Assembly: GCA_964628765.1 (NCBI GenBank)
Contig: CAZVMT010000002.1
Coordinates: 1 to 42,327, forward strand
Direction of reading: 5' to 3'
Source: an uncultured Candidatus Bathyarchaeia archaeon
GTDB taxonomy: Archaea > Thermoproteota > Bathyarchaeia > TCS64
DNA length: 42,327 bases
Each line of letters begins with the position of its first letter. Position 1 is the stretch's first letter. The notes under the pieces are model-generated. The model was not told the DNA's origin and did not search any database. It was given only the letters and a program-made list of their open reading frames with translations. The translations under genes were made by a program, and so were the position numbers. Positions 14,220 through 23,414 of this stretch are shown here, one piece after another.

Positions 14220-16134
14220 GTAATTTCTTAGTCGGTGCAGATTTATACTTGAAGAAATTCTTCTTAAATATATTGTTCTTTATTTCTATTTTTTTCTTAG
14301 TAATTGACTTCTGTTTATCTTCACTTGATAATGCTTTATATTTTGAGTTAGTCTGCATAAGTTTAAACCATAACTTAAATTTAGTGTTAAATTCTTCATT
14401 TAATGCCTTAAATCTTTTCTCCCCAACCTTCTCCCTAAACTGTTGTAATACTACACCGGGATTTTGTGACCAGTCTGTATTCATCGAATAAGTATTTGTG
14501 CTTATGCCCAATCCTTCAGCTATCATTGAAAGCAATATATCAGCTGAATCCGGGTCATCTTTTAATTCTTTATAATTGGTAAATATAATTGGTACAAATA
14601 AATCTTTTACTGTGCTTCCTGCTGTTGGTTTCTTGCCTTCCCAATCTTTACCTATGGCAAGATTTTTTATTACTGAATATAATGGCGCTAATTTATTCTC
14701 AAAGAAGTCATAAGTAACCGTTAACCTATCAGCAGCCCCGTATTCACCTGTCCCTAATTGTTTTACTAACCCAGTTGTACTGCTCTTTGTAGAATTTGTT
14801 ATTAATCTTGAAGCCAATGTCACTACCGAAGCCATACCACCCGATACATCAAATCTGGTACTACCTATCTTTATTTTGCCAAAATCAGCACTGCGAGGGT
14901 CCCAGTCAACACTTCCGGGACTTGCTGCACCTGCGATAACAAGTATAGCGGCTGTCCCACTTACTATTTTTACCAGATTAGCCGCTGCCTGTTTTTTGGC
15001 AAAAGGAGTTACTTTTGGATCTCCCATGTGTGCAGTTAAAACATCAATATGACTTTTAAACAATCTTGGTGCAAAGAATACATTATTAATTACATTACCA
15101 ACAGGTTCTAATGCGCCCAATGCCCCTCTACCAGTTAATGAATTAACTAATTTACCTATACTCTCAAGTTGTGCTTTATCATCTATATCAATATCAGACC
15201 TTTCGGCAATTTCCATATATTTATCAAATACATCAGCCCTTTGTTTATATATAAATCCAGTATAAGCGTCCTGACTTGCTTTATAAAATCTACCAAAAAG
15301 AGGTATCTTTTCAGGAAGCCCACTTGGAAACTCTTCTTCAATGGTCGCTACTGCTAATCGGGCTTTCTTCATTCTGTCATAGTTCGGTCTTGATACAATA
15401 TCAGCTTTTACTTCGTCTATTATATTTTTACCGCCAATAGTTCTGGCTATATCGCCAAATGATTTTAGAGCATTCTTGGTCCAAATGCCGGGGTTAGTCC
15501 AAAGTGTTTTCCAACCCTGTCTAAATATAGCACTATCATCCATAGAAGCCTTTAATGATCTTGCTATACCACCTATATTAACTACACCCTTCACCCATTG
15601 AGTAGGTTTAAGCTGTTCGCCTACTGTTAATTTTTTGGCATTTTCTTTTAAATTACTTACATAATTGCCGAAATCTACCGCCGCCCTGCCATATTCCAAC
15701 CTATCCCCGCCATTATCCCTTGCCTCTTTCTTCTCCGCTGTTATCTTTGCCAGTTCAGCTATCTTATTCGCCTGTTCAATAGTCACCTTTGTTTTTAGTT
15801 TATGAGCCACCAAATCCTCTAAAAATGCCTTCTCGCTTGTAGGATTTAATATTTCGGTCATCTTGTTAACTCGTGATAAAATATCCCTTTGTGCTTCAGG
15901 CTTCATTCCTGAAACGGTTTTTGCCCAGGTGATCATTCCCCTCTGTTGGTTTTTTAATAATAACTTACTCTCAAATAATGAATTGGTATGTTTTGCGTGT
16001 ATTTCTCCCATGAAGGTCTGGAAGAAAGTCCGCCTTCCTTCGGATGACATCTCGGCAAGGTTGCCAGGATTGATACTTCCGTCTTTTAATCCTTGTAAAA
16101 ACTTATTCGCTAAGTTGGAAGGAAGGCAATACAT
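14209..16134 (-). CDS. large virion (presumed internal/ejection) protein
   Basis: 641-aa ORF with AAGGAG 8 nt upstream of ATG 16134. It has a hydrophobic segment (AAILVIAGAA) and lies between the tail proteins and the fibre. Confidence 0.55.
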   Translation of the reverse strand: MYCLPSNLANKFLQGLKDGSINPGNLAEMSSEGRRTFFQTFMGEIHAKHTNSLFESKLLLKNQQRGMITWAKTVSGMKPEAQRDILSRVNKMTEILNPTSEKAFLEDLVAHKLKTKVTIEQANKIAELAKITAEKKEARDNGGDRLEYGRAAVDFGNYVSNLKENAKKLTVGEQLKPTQWVKGVVNIGGIARSLKASMDDSAIFRQGWKTLWTNPGIWTKNALKSFGDIARTIGGKNIIDEVKADIVSRPNYDRMKKARLAVATIEEEFPSGLPEKIPLFGRFYKASQDAYTGFIYKQRADVFDKYMEIAERSDIDIDDKAQLESIGKLVNSLTGRGALGALEPVGNVINNVFFAPRLFKSHIDVLTAHMGDPKVTPFAKKQAAANLVKIVSGTAAILVIAGAASPGSVDWDPRSADFGKIKIGSTRFDVSGGMASVVTLASRLITNSTKSSTTGLVKQLGTGEYGAADRLTVTYDFFENKLAPLYSVIKNLAIGKDWEGKKPTAGSTVKDLFVPIIFTNYKELKDDPDSADILLSMIAEGLGISTNTYSMNTDWSQNPGVVLQQFREKVGEKRFKALNEEFNTKFKLWFKLMQTNSKYKALSSEDKQKSITKKKIEIKNNIFKKNFFKYKSAPTKKLPTL

Positions 16135-16723
16135 TTTTTAATCTCCTTCTATATTTACTATGACATTCTTCACATAAAGTAATTCCATTATTAATATTAA
16201 AAAGTTCTTCACATTGAAGAGCTTCTTCTAATGTAGTTATTTCATATTTTTGTATAATGGAAGAGAAACCTTTTATATGATGAGCATTTAACTTTCCACC
16301 AATTTGTCCACAATCTTGACAGGTGAAATTATCTCTTGTGAAAATATCAGAAATCCATTGTCTATTTTTAATATTTCCACGAACTTGTGATTGAAGAGGA
16401 GTAATTCCGCCTTGCCAATTAGGTTGTTCTTCTTTTATTCGTCCTTTACATATTCTTGAACAAAATCTTCTTCTTTTAATTTCATTTTTATAAACATAAA
16501 ATTCTCTTCCACATACTTCACAATATTTTTTTATTTTTCCACCATTCCATTGAGGATGTTTTTTCCCTCTGTTTGATTCACTTAACTTTTTCTTTGTTTC
16601 TTCTGATAATTTATACCCTTTACGAATTTCACTTAATTTGTGTTTAAGTTCTTCCGAAAGATGTTTACCTTTATTCCAAGGGATATGTCCAACGGCAAGT
16701 TTATTACCTTTTCTAAATGGCAT
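16103..16723 (-). CDS. HNH homing endonuclease with NUMOD3-like repeats
   Basis: GHIPWNKGKHLSEELKHKLS and KGYKLSEETKKKLS (NUMOD3-like), then CQDCG...LNAHHIKGF...NGITLCEECH (HNH). Confidence 0.85.
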   Translation of the reverse strand: MPFRKGNKLAVGHIPWNKGKHLSEELKHKLSEIRKGYKLSEETKKKLSESNRGKKHPQWNGGKIKKYCEVCGREFYVYKNEIKRRRFCSRICKGRIKEEQPNWQGGITPLQSQVRGNIKNRQWISDIFTRDNFTCQDCGQIGGKLNAHHIKGFSSIIQKYEITTLEEALQCEELFNINNGITLCEECHSKYRRRLKNVLPSFQLSE

Positions 16724-16736
16724 ATTTTATCCTTCC

Positions 16737-18980
16737 TTAACATCTTATTGATTCTATAAACGCTTTCCACGAATAAGCAGTATTTGCATTTTTAATCTCA
16801 CTTTTAATTTTACTGATTAAACTTTCTTTCGCTTTATTTAAAATTTTCCCCGGATATCTTTTTTTAATAGTTTCATTTAATATTTTATTAATATCTTCTA
16901 TTGCCTTAACAGGTGATTCGGGGTCTCTTTCTGCCGCTAACCTTAATTCCTGTGCAGCCGCTGATGTACCCGAAACGAGCGGGGAACTGGCAAGCTCTGA
17001 AGCAAGTTCGCCATTTGCGGTTTTCTTTATATGCTCTTCCATTGCTGTTATTAAGGCAGTGCCTTTTAGCCCTTCAGGTAATGGCTTCTCGCCTCTTACA
17101 ACTTTTCTTGCCTCGTCAATATTGGAATTAATTAGGTCGCTTGCCTTTTGTGCCTGCTCTTTAATCACAATAGGGGTATATTCAGCTAAATGACCATATC
17201 CTTTAGTTAAGCCCTGCTCGATAGATTTTGTTTCAATACTACCTGCTATCTTACTTACTTTGCCTTCGCCAGTAACAGGTGGGGTAGGTTTATTAACTTC
17301 TTTATTCTGGAATAACTTACTTATTTCTTCTGGTGCTGGCTCAACTTCTTCTATTTCTTCCTCAGCCCCGATTATTTCAGCTTTATTCTGATTATAAAAA
17401 TTAATAAGTTCTTGTTTACTTTTTCCTTTAAATTCTTTTAAATCTAAAGCAGATACTTTAGCAGTTGCAGGAAATTTATATACTGTATCCCCGCTCTTAA
17501 TAGATACTGACTTCGGGTTAATTTTAACTATTTCACCATCATGGGGAATACCCGAATTATATTGAGTCGGTGAAGTTTCTCCATAAGTATCAGATTGAAT
17601 TGTAACTAATTCTCCAACTTTAGCTTCTCGGATAGGTCTTGTAGGTTTACTAATATTATTAATAAATTCTTCAGCACTCTTATATTTCTTTACTTCATCT
17701 GCTAAAGTCGCCTCACTCGTTGCCTTTTCTGCACCAGGCTCGACGACCGCTTTTTGCTCGGTAGTTGCCTTTGGAGTCGGCTCTGCTATCTTTATTTCCT
17801 CTATGGTCTTTTTAATCTCTGGGTCAGCTTTGGCTTGTTCAACAACATTATCAAATTTAATACTTTTAGTTACGGTATCCATTTGTGAATATGTTCTATC
17901 AATAATATCCTTAACGAATGTTTTAGGTGCATTGGTTTCATTGACAACACTACTTATAACAACATCAGCACCAGCGCCTAATATAAAGCCCATTACCCCG
18001 GCTTTTACGCTTCCCTTATTCCACTTCCTTGCTTTATCCCAACCTACTTTCGCAACAATATTAGAGCCTGCTTCCTGCAAATATTCCTGACCTGCATTTT
18101 CAATCCCTTTGGCCGCTAAACTTATTATTTTTGAAGTAGGTAATTTAGTTAGTAAAAAATTAAGTCCTAAATATTCCAACCCTGCTTCTGTACCAAAATT
18201 AACAGCACCTAATGAACTTGCCTTTAAAGGGTCTACGTCTGCTTCCCTTGCTTCCTGATAAGTCCTACCTGAAGCGATACCACCAAAAGCAACTGCAGCA
18301 GCCCCAGCATTGCCAGTAACTAAAGATACCCCTACTGCAAGAGCTATTGAAGAAGCGCCAGAACCTAACTCAAATAGAAATTTATTTAACTTACTTGTGT
18401 CAGTGGGTGGTAAATATTTTTCCGTAAATGCCTGATTGGCTTTAATTAATTCCTGACCTTTTTCAGAAACAATCTTACCTGCCTGTCCTATTTGTTTGTT
18501 AAGCAGTTTTCTACTGCCATACATCGCTTCAAATATCTTTTTGTCTGCACCTTCCCACTTTTCATCACTTACAAATTTGGAAGGGTCAGAGATAACTTGT
18601 TCAGTTTCGCCCCATTGTCTCATTAAACCTCCAATAGCTTGTGGTAAGGTTATTGTGCCATACCAAACACCTTTTGCAATAGAAGGGATAGATTTATTCA
18701 TATCAGCAAGGACAGGTTTATCTCCTGGGGTCGATTGCGGTCCGGAAGGCAATCCTAAATTTGCACCCACTTGGGGAATAGTCGTTTCTGGTGCAATATT
18801 AGTTTTAATCTTGCCTAACTTATCTTCTAAAGATAATTCGGTTGTTTCTATCGGAGCGGCTTCTTCCGTGGTAGTCTGTAAATTTAATTTTATCTGACTT
18901 AACTTATCTTCTAAAGAAAGTTCATTGCCCATATTAAGTTTTATTTTGTTAAGTTTTTCTTCTAAACTTAATATTGCCAT
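16737..18980 (-). CDS. large virion (presumed internal/ejection) protein
   Basis: 747-aa ORF with an N-terminal triple repeat LSLE(E/D)KL.(K/Q)IK.N and a Gly/Ala-rich hydrophobic core. Confidence 0.55.
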   Translation of the reverse strand: MAILSLEEKLNKIKLNMGNELSLEDKLSQIKLNLQTTTEEAAPIETTELSLEDKLGKIKTNIAPETTIPQVGANLGLPSGPQSTPGDKPVLADMNKSIPSIAKGVWYGTITLPQAIGGLMRQWGETEQVISDPSKFVSDEKWEGADKKIFEAMYGSRKLLNKQIGQAGKIVSEKGQELIKANQAFTEKYLPPTDTSKLNKFLFELGSGASSIALAVGVSLVTGNAGAAAVAFGGIASGRTYQEAREADVDPLKASSLGAVNFGTEAGLEYLGLNFLLTKLPTSKIISLAAKGIENAGQEYLQEAGSNIVAKVGWDKARKWNKGSVKAGVMGFILGAGADVVISSVVNETNAPKTFVKDIIDRTYSQMDTVTKSIKFDNVVEQAKADPEIKKTIEEIKIAEPTPKATTEQKAVVEPGAEKATSEATLADEVKKYKSAEEFINNISKPTRPIREAKVGELVTIQSDTYGETSPTQYNSGIPHDGEIVKINPKSVSIKSGDTVYKFPATAKVSALDLKEFKGKSKQELINFYNQNKAEIIGAEEEIEEVEPAPEEISKLFQNKEVNKPTPPVTGEGKVSKIAGSIETKSIEQGLTKGYGHLAEYTPIVIKEQAQKASDLINSNIDEARKVVRGEKPLPEGLKGTALITAMEEHIKKTANGELASELASSPLVSGTSAAAQELRLAAERDPESPVKAIEDINKILNETIKKRYPGKILNKAKESLISKIKSEIKNANTAYSWKAFIESIRC

Positions 18981-20209
18981 TAAAGCAGTCCTCTCCTCTT
19001 TAATTCGTCAATAGCCGCTTGGTCGCCAGTTAAGGCTAAATCAGCTAATTCATCATCATTCATAGCCGTATATTCCTGCTGTTGTGGTGTGTTGCCCTTA
19101 TCTTGTATCTTATTCTTAACATCTCCAATAGTTGTATTTTTAAGGTAATTCCAAGCCTTTCCTATTAGTCCGGGTTGCTTTGCTTCTAGTGTAGTGGGTT
19201 CTGTAGTAGGTGCTTCAATAACTGCGTTTACATCAATACCTATCTGCTGTAAATAATCTTCCACCTTCGTTCTCACGTCTGCACTTAAAGAAGGCTTAAT
19301 TAGATTATAATTATTCCTAATCTCTGCTTTCTGTTCTTCTCCTAATTGACTGCCACTATTGATATAATTTTTCATTATTCCGTTAGTGCCAAATAAAATA
19401 TCATTAGGGTCTTGTACTTTGGGAGTTTTAGTTGTAGTTCCACCCGGCTTCTCATACTTCTGTTTATAGGTATCAAAGGTAGTCGGCACATTTAAAGACT
19501 TCGCCATCTGATTGAAGTAGTTGGCATTGCCTGTCGCATAGGCAGCGTCGAGCTTCTTTGTTGTTTCGCCCATTACATCCATTTCGGTTGGCTGTTCTGC
19601 TTGTGGCTGTGTAAACTCTACGCCCTCTAATCCTGGTGTCTGTCCTGCTACGCTTCCGGCTATTTGACCTTGCACATCAGCAGGTGACTGACCGTAGAAA
19701 TCATAAGGGCTGACTGATTTTGGTGCTGCCACTATACTTGCTTTCTTCTCGGCCATATTCCTATAAGCCTCAAAGTAATTCTTACCCTTTTCGGTTGTTA
19801 TCCGTCCCTCTGTAATGTCAAATATGCCTTGAGCATTTGTCCAGTCCATTCCCTCTGTCTCTTCCCTTGTTAAACTTAACCAGTTCATATCTTCCTCGAA
19901 TTTGGACTTATTCATCGTTTGTATAGCGTTAACAGCGTCTTGATATACTGCCTGAACTTCGGGGATCATGGCGTAAAAACAGGTCGTTATTTTCATTTCG
20001 TCATCTTCTGACCATGTACCATCTGCACTTAATTGTTTCATCAGGCCGCCGATAGTAACCATACCTTCTTCATACTCTGCTTGCTTTGTCTCTAATTTCT
20101 TTCTCTGTGCTTTCTGCCACTGCATTTCTTGTATTTGTTTTCCCATATTTAAGCCAGACTGAAGTCCCGAGCTTAAACCCTTCATAAAATACCCAGAATT
20201 ACCTGCCAT
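18980..20209 (-). CDS. virion-associated hypothetical protein
   Basis: 409-aa ORF in the structural operon. Confidence 0.5.
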   Translation of the reverse strand: MAGNSGYFMKGLSSGLQSGLNMGKQIQEMQWQKAQRKKLETKQAEYEEGMVTIGGLMKQLSADGTWSEDDEMKITTCFYAMIPEVQAVYQDAVNAIQTMNKSKFEEDMNWLSLTREETEGMDWTNAQGIFDITEGRITTEKGKNYFEAYRNMAEKKASIVAAPKSVSPYDFYGQSPADVQGQIAGSVAGQTPGLEGVEFTQPQAEQPTEMDVMGETTKKLDAAYATGNANYFNQMAKSLNVPTTFDTYKQKYEKPGGTTTKTPKVQDPNDILFGTNGIMKNYINSGSQLGEEQKAEIRNNYNLIKPSLSADVRTKVEDYLQQIGIDVNAVIEAPTTEPTTLEAKQPGLIGKAWNYLKNTTIGDVKNKIQDKGNTPQQQEYTAMNDDELADLALTGDQAAIDELKRRGLL

Positions 20210-20211
20210 AA

Positions 20212-20640
20212 CTAAATCACTTCCTTTATTTCTTTTGTGTAGATACTACACGTTTTACTAAACCCATACTTGCCCATTCGCCTTTGAACCACACTTTCTT
20301 TCCTTCCTGTAGAAAACATAATCTTTTTAACATTTAATTCTTTTGCTCTTTTATCTCCATATTCTAAAAACTCTTTTAGTAAGTTGGGATAATGGGAATT
20401 AATCCATATAAATGTCATAAAGAAAGAAGATTCACCATAATCATCTTTAGTTATCTTTACCACTACACACCCGTTCATTACGCCTTTATCGTAGCTTACT
20501 AAAGTCATGGCACTTTTATCTACCTGCTCCGATATCATATAGGTATATAATGTATTAGATGTTATCTTACAATTCTTTACATATTTTAATTTATCTAATA
20601 TTTCTAAATAGACATTATTATCATGGCTTTCTTTTATCAT
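20212..20640 (-). CDS. GNAT-like acetyltransferase-fold protein (tentative)
   Basis: IWINSHYPNLLKEFLEYGDKRAKELNVKKIMFST...RRMGKYGF resembles the beta4-alpha3...YxKxGF layout of GNATs. Weak call. Confidence 0.3.
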   Translation of the reverse strand: MIKESHDNNVYLEILDKLKYVKNCKITSNTLYTYMISEQVDKSAMTLVSYDKGVMNGCVVVKITKDDYGESSFFMTFIWINSHYPNLLKEFLEYGDKRAKELNVKKIMFSTGRKESVVQRRMGKYGFSKTCSIYTKEIKEVI

Positions 20641-21683
20641 GATGGTTTCATAAAAGAAGCAGCCAACCCACTGGCAGATCCAATTAAATTCCCTGCTCCT
20701 TCAGCTTCTGCTATCTGTTTATTCCATTCTAATTCCATTTCAGCTAATTCAATATCATACCCGTGTTGCTGTTCGTTTAACTGGCTTGTTAATTGTGATT
20801 GTAAAGTTATATTCTGTGTCTGATATGCCTGATTAATCTCCATCTTCAATAAATCCATCTTGCCCTGCCATACTTGCATTTTAGCCAACTGTTCTGCCTG
20901 CCAAGTAGCAAATTCGGGAGCATACTTTAACTGGCTCTGGTCGCTTAAATAGCCCAAGAACTGACCTGCCTGCCCCATAGCTTTCTCGAAGGAAGCCATC
21001 TTCATCAGTGCTGAGTTAATCTGCACATCGGCGATAGCCCCTGCTATTGCTACGGTGGTATTAGAACGAATAGACTGCTCGTTAGAGAAGGTAAAGCCGC
21101 TATTAGTGATACCCCTGCGTTCCATATTATTACGCATTACCCGGATATTTTCGGTTTCCCTTGCCTTAAGTGCATCGGTCTGCTTCTGGATCATTAGTGC
21201 CTGTGTTTCTTCTGGTATACCATAGCCGCCTGCCTCTACCCAGTCCGTTACCGTACCGCCATACATATCCTCAAAAGCCTGTTGTGCGGGTGATATCTCA
21301 TAAGGTGGTGCTGGGGTGACTTCGGGTGTGGGTATGTTAGCCGCTGCACCTGCTCCGAAAGTAGGTGTAGTGGTTGGTGTAGTGGGTATAGTTGGAACAG
21401 TTACTCCTGCTATTTTTGCTTCATGTTCTGCTTTTAATTTATCCCTTTCTGCTAACCATGCATCGTATTCAGTCGAAATACTGGTTGTTGGTGTAGTAGT
21501 AGGTGTAGCTCCGCCTCCACTTAGCCCTGCCAATTCTTGTGGTGTATAGGCAAGCCCCGTAGAGGGATTTTTATAAGTTGAAGATAGAAGTTGACCGTCT
21601 ATATACCAGCCAACGCCATGAGATTTTGAGGGGTCTGCCGCACAATTATATGCTGTGCCGTACCATCCTGATACTCCTGCCAT
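20637..21683 (-). CDS. virion-associated protein with Pro/Thr-rich linkers and a C-terminal coiled coil
   Basis: 348-aa ORF with TPTTTPTT and PTIPTTPTTTPT linkers. Confidence 0.5.
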   Translation of the reverse strand: MAGVSGWYGTAYNCAADPSKSHGVGWYIDGQLLSSTYKNPSTGLAYTPQELAGLSGGGATPTTTPTTSISTEYDAWLAERDKLKAEHEAKIAGVTVPTIPTTPTTTPTFGAGAAANIPTPEVTPAPPYEISPAQQAFEDMYGGTVTDWVEAGGYGIPEETQALMIQKQTDALKARETENIRVMRNNMERRGITNSGFTFSNEQSIRSNTTVAIAGAIADVQINSALMKMASFEKAMGQAGQFLGYLSDQSQLKYAPEFATWQAEQLAKMQVWQGKMDLLKMEINQAYQTQNITLQSQLTSQLNEQQHGYDIELAEMELEWNKQIAEAEGAGNLIGSASGLAASFMKPS

Positions 21684-21735
21684 TTAAATCACGCTCCTTA
21701 AATAATTGCATAAGAAATCCCCCTTGTTTATATTT

Positions 21736-23115
21736 TTACCTTGCTTTAATATCTAATTTACACATTACTTGTGTCGATATCCCCGTTAATACACCTGATT
21801 CAAATTTGACCTGATATTTACCTGTACCTTCAATCATTACATCAGCTACAGCTATATCAACTTGGTCGGAATGATAGGGTCCATACTTTTTACTCCATTT
21901 ACCGCCAACTTTCCTCACATAAAAACTAATAGTATTACCGCCTGCGTATGTCCCATCACTATCAGGTTCAGAATTATTTTCTTCATATATTTCATAAGAG
22001 CCAGTAATAACAGCAGTAGTAATACAGGTATACCATTCCCCGTAAGCAATCCCATAAATATTTCCCGCCCAAGCTCTAATATAATAAATAGTTAAAGGTT
22101 TGAGTCCATTAATGGTCATTGTAAATTCGCCAGTCTCAGTGAAATCTCCTTTTTCCCTGACTGCATACATTTCAGAATCGTAATTATCTCCATACTCGTA
22201 ATATTCAAAACCTCTGTCGGTATATGCTCCGCCTGCATTAGTAATATTGCCTACCGCAGTCATCGTGGTGGATTGCCTATCAGTGCAGGGACCTGTTGAA
22301 GTAACTGTGGGTATACCCGTAGGTGAAACAACAAGTGTATATTGATAAACAGTGTCATCGTCAGACCCCACTATATACATCTTGGTGCCATCAGAACTAA
22401 AAGCAAAACCAAGGGGGTAACCTTCTTGGGTACTTAAATTCCCACTATTTTTACTTGCATAAGTAGCTGTGCTTACATCCCAGGCAGTAGTTAGAGTATA
22501 TTGATAGACTGTGTCGTTAGCATTCCCCATAATATACATCTTGGTGCCAGTAGGACTGAAATCTACATCACAAGGGGAAGTATCTTGAGCACTCACACTT
22601 TTTGATTTACTTGCATAAGTAGCTGTGCTTACATCCCACGCGGTAGAGAGTGTATATTGATAAACTGTATCAGTATTGTCTCCCACCATATACATCTTAG
22701 TACCAGTAGGATTAAAGACTATACCACGAGGTAAAGAATCTTGGGCTTGTACACTTACACTTTTATTTGCGTAGGTAGCGGTAGATACATCCCAGGCAGT
22801 AGAGAGTGTATATTGATTGACCCTCTTATCATAACCATCACCTACCAGATACATTATGGTACCATCAGAATTGAAAACTATATCACGAGGGGCACTCTCT
22901 TGGGAACTTATACCTTTATTTTTACTTGCATAGGTAGCAGTAGACACGTCCCAGGCAGTAGAGAGTGTATATTGCCAAACCCTATCACTATTAATCCCCA
23001 CTATATACATCTTGGTGCCATCAGAACTAAAAGTTACACTATAGGGGGCAACTTCTTTATCACCTATATATACACTTTTATTAGTATACACGGCAGTTGA
23101 GACATTCCAAGGCAT
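21736..23115 (-). CDS. beta-propeller-repeat tail/receptor-binding protein with a C-terminal FN3-like domain
   Basis: Five units of about 48 aa: YQYTLSTAWDVSTATYASKSKSVSAQD..P..F...GTKMY. The C-terminus has GLKPLTIYYIRAWAGN. Confidence 0.6.
   Translation of the reverse strand: MPWNVSTAVYTNKSVYIGDKEVAPYSVTFSSDGTKMYIVGINSDRVWQYTLSTAWDVSTATYASKNKGISSQESAPRDIVFNSDGTIMYLVGDGYDKRVNQYTLSTAWDVSTATYANKSVSVQAQDSLPRGIVFNPTGTKMYMVGDNTDTVYQYTLSTAWDVSTATYASKSKSVSAQDTSPCDVDFSPTGTKMYIMGNANDTVYQYTLTTAWDVSTATYASKNSGNLSTQEGYPLGFAFSSDGTKMYIVGSDDDTVYQYTLVVSPTGIPTVTSTGPCTDRQSTTMTAVGNITNAGGAYTDRGFEYYEYGDNYDSEMYAVREKGDFTETGEFTMTINGLKPLTIYYIRAWAGNIYGIAYGEWYTCITTAVITGSYEIYEENNSEPDSDGTYAGGNTISFYVRKVGGKWSKKYGPYHSDQVDIAVADVMIEGTGKYQVKFESGVLTGISTQVMCKLDIKAR
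22374..23110. repeat. about 5 tandem DNA repeats of roughly 144-147 bp inside 21736..23115
   Basis: Near-identical stretches such as acatcccaggcagtagagagtgtatattg recur with this period. Confidence 0.75.
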
Positions 23116-23136
23116 TATATCTTCTCCACATTTATT

Positions 23137-23412
23137 TTATAAAATTACTGGACTACTAAAATTTCTTATCTTAAAACTTACTTTACATTCTACTAATTTT
23201 GTCATCTCGTTTATTAGTTCAAAATCCATTATGAAAGGATAGGTTGCGTCACAATTTCCCCAGTCATTGAATATCATTGTATTGCGATATTCGATGATGT
23301 TAGAGGATTTGATACGCCCCTCTAATTGGTCATTCATCGCTTGAAGTTGAAATTTTACTATTCGCAGGTCATTTTTAAGTTGTTCGAGTTCTTCTTGAGA
23401 AAGTTCTGGCAT
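23137..23412 (-). CDS. hypothetical protein
   Basis: 91-aa ORF. Confidence 0.5.
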   Translation of the reverse strand: MPELSQEELEQLKNDLRIVKFQLQAMNDQLEGRIKSSNIIEYRNTMIFNDWGNCDATYPFIMDFELINEMTKLVECKVSFKIRNFSSPVIL

Positions 23413-23414
23413 TT

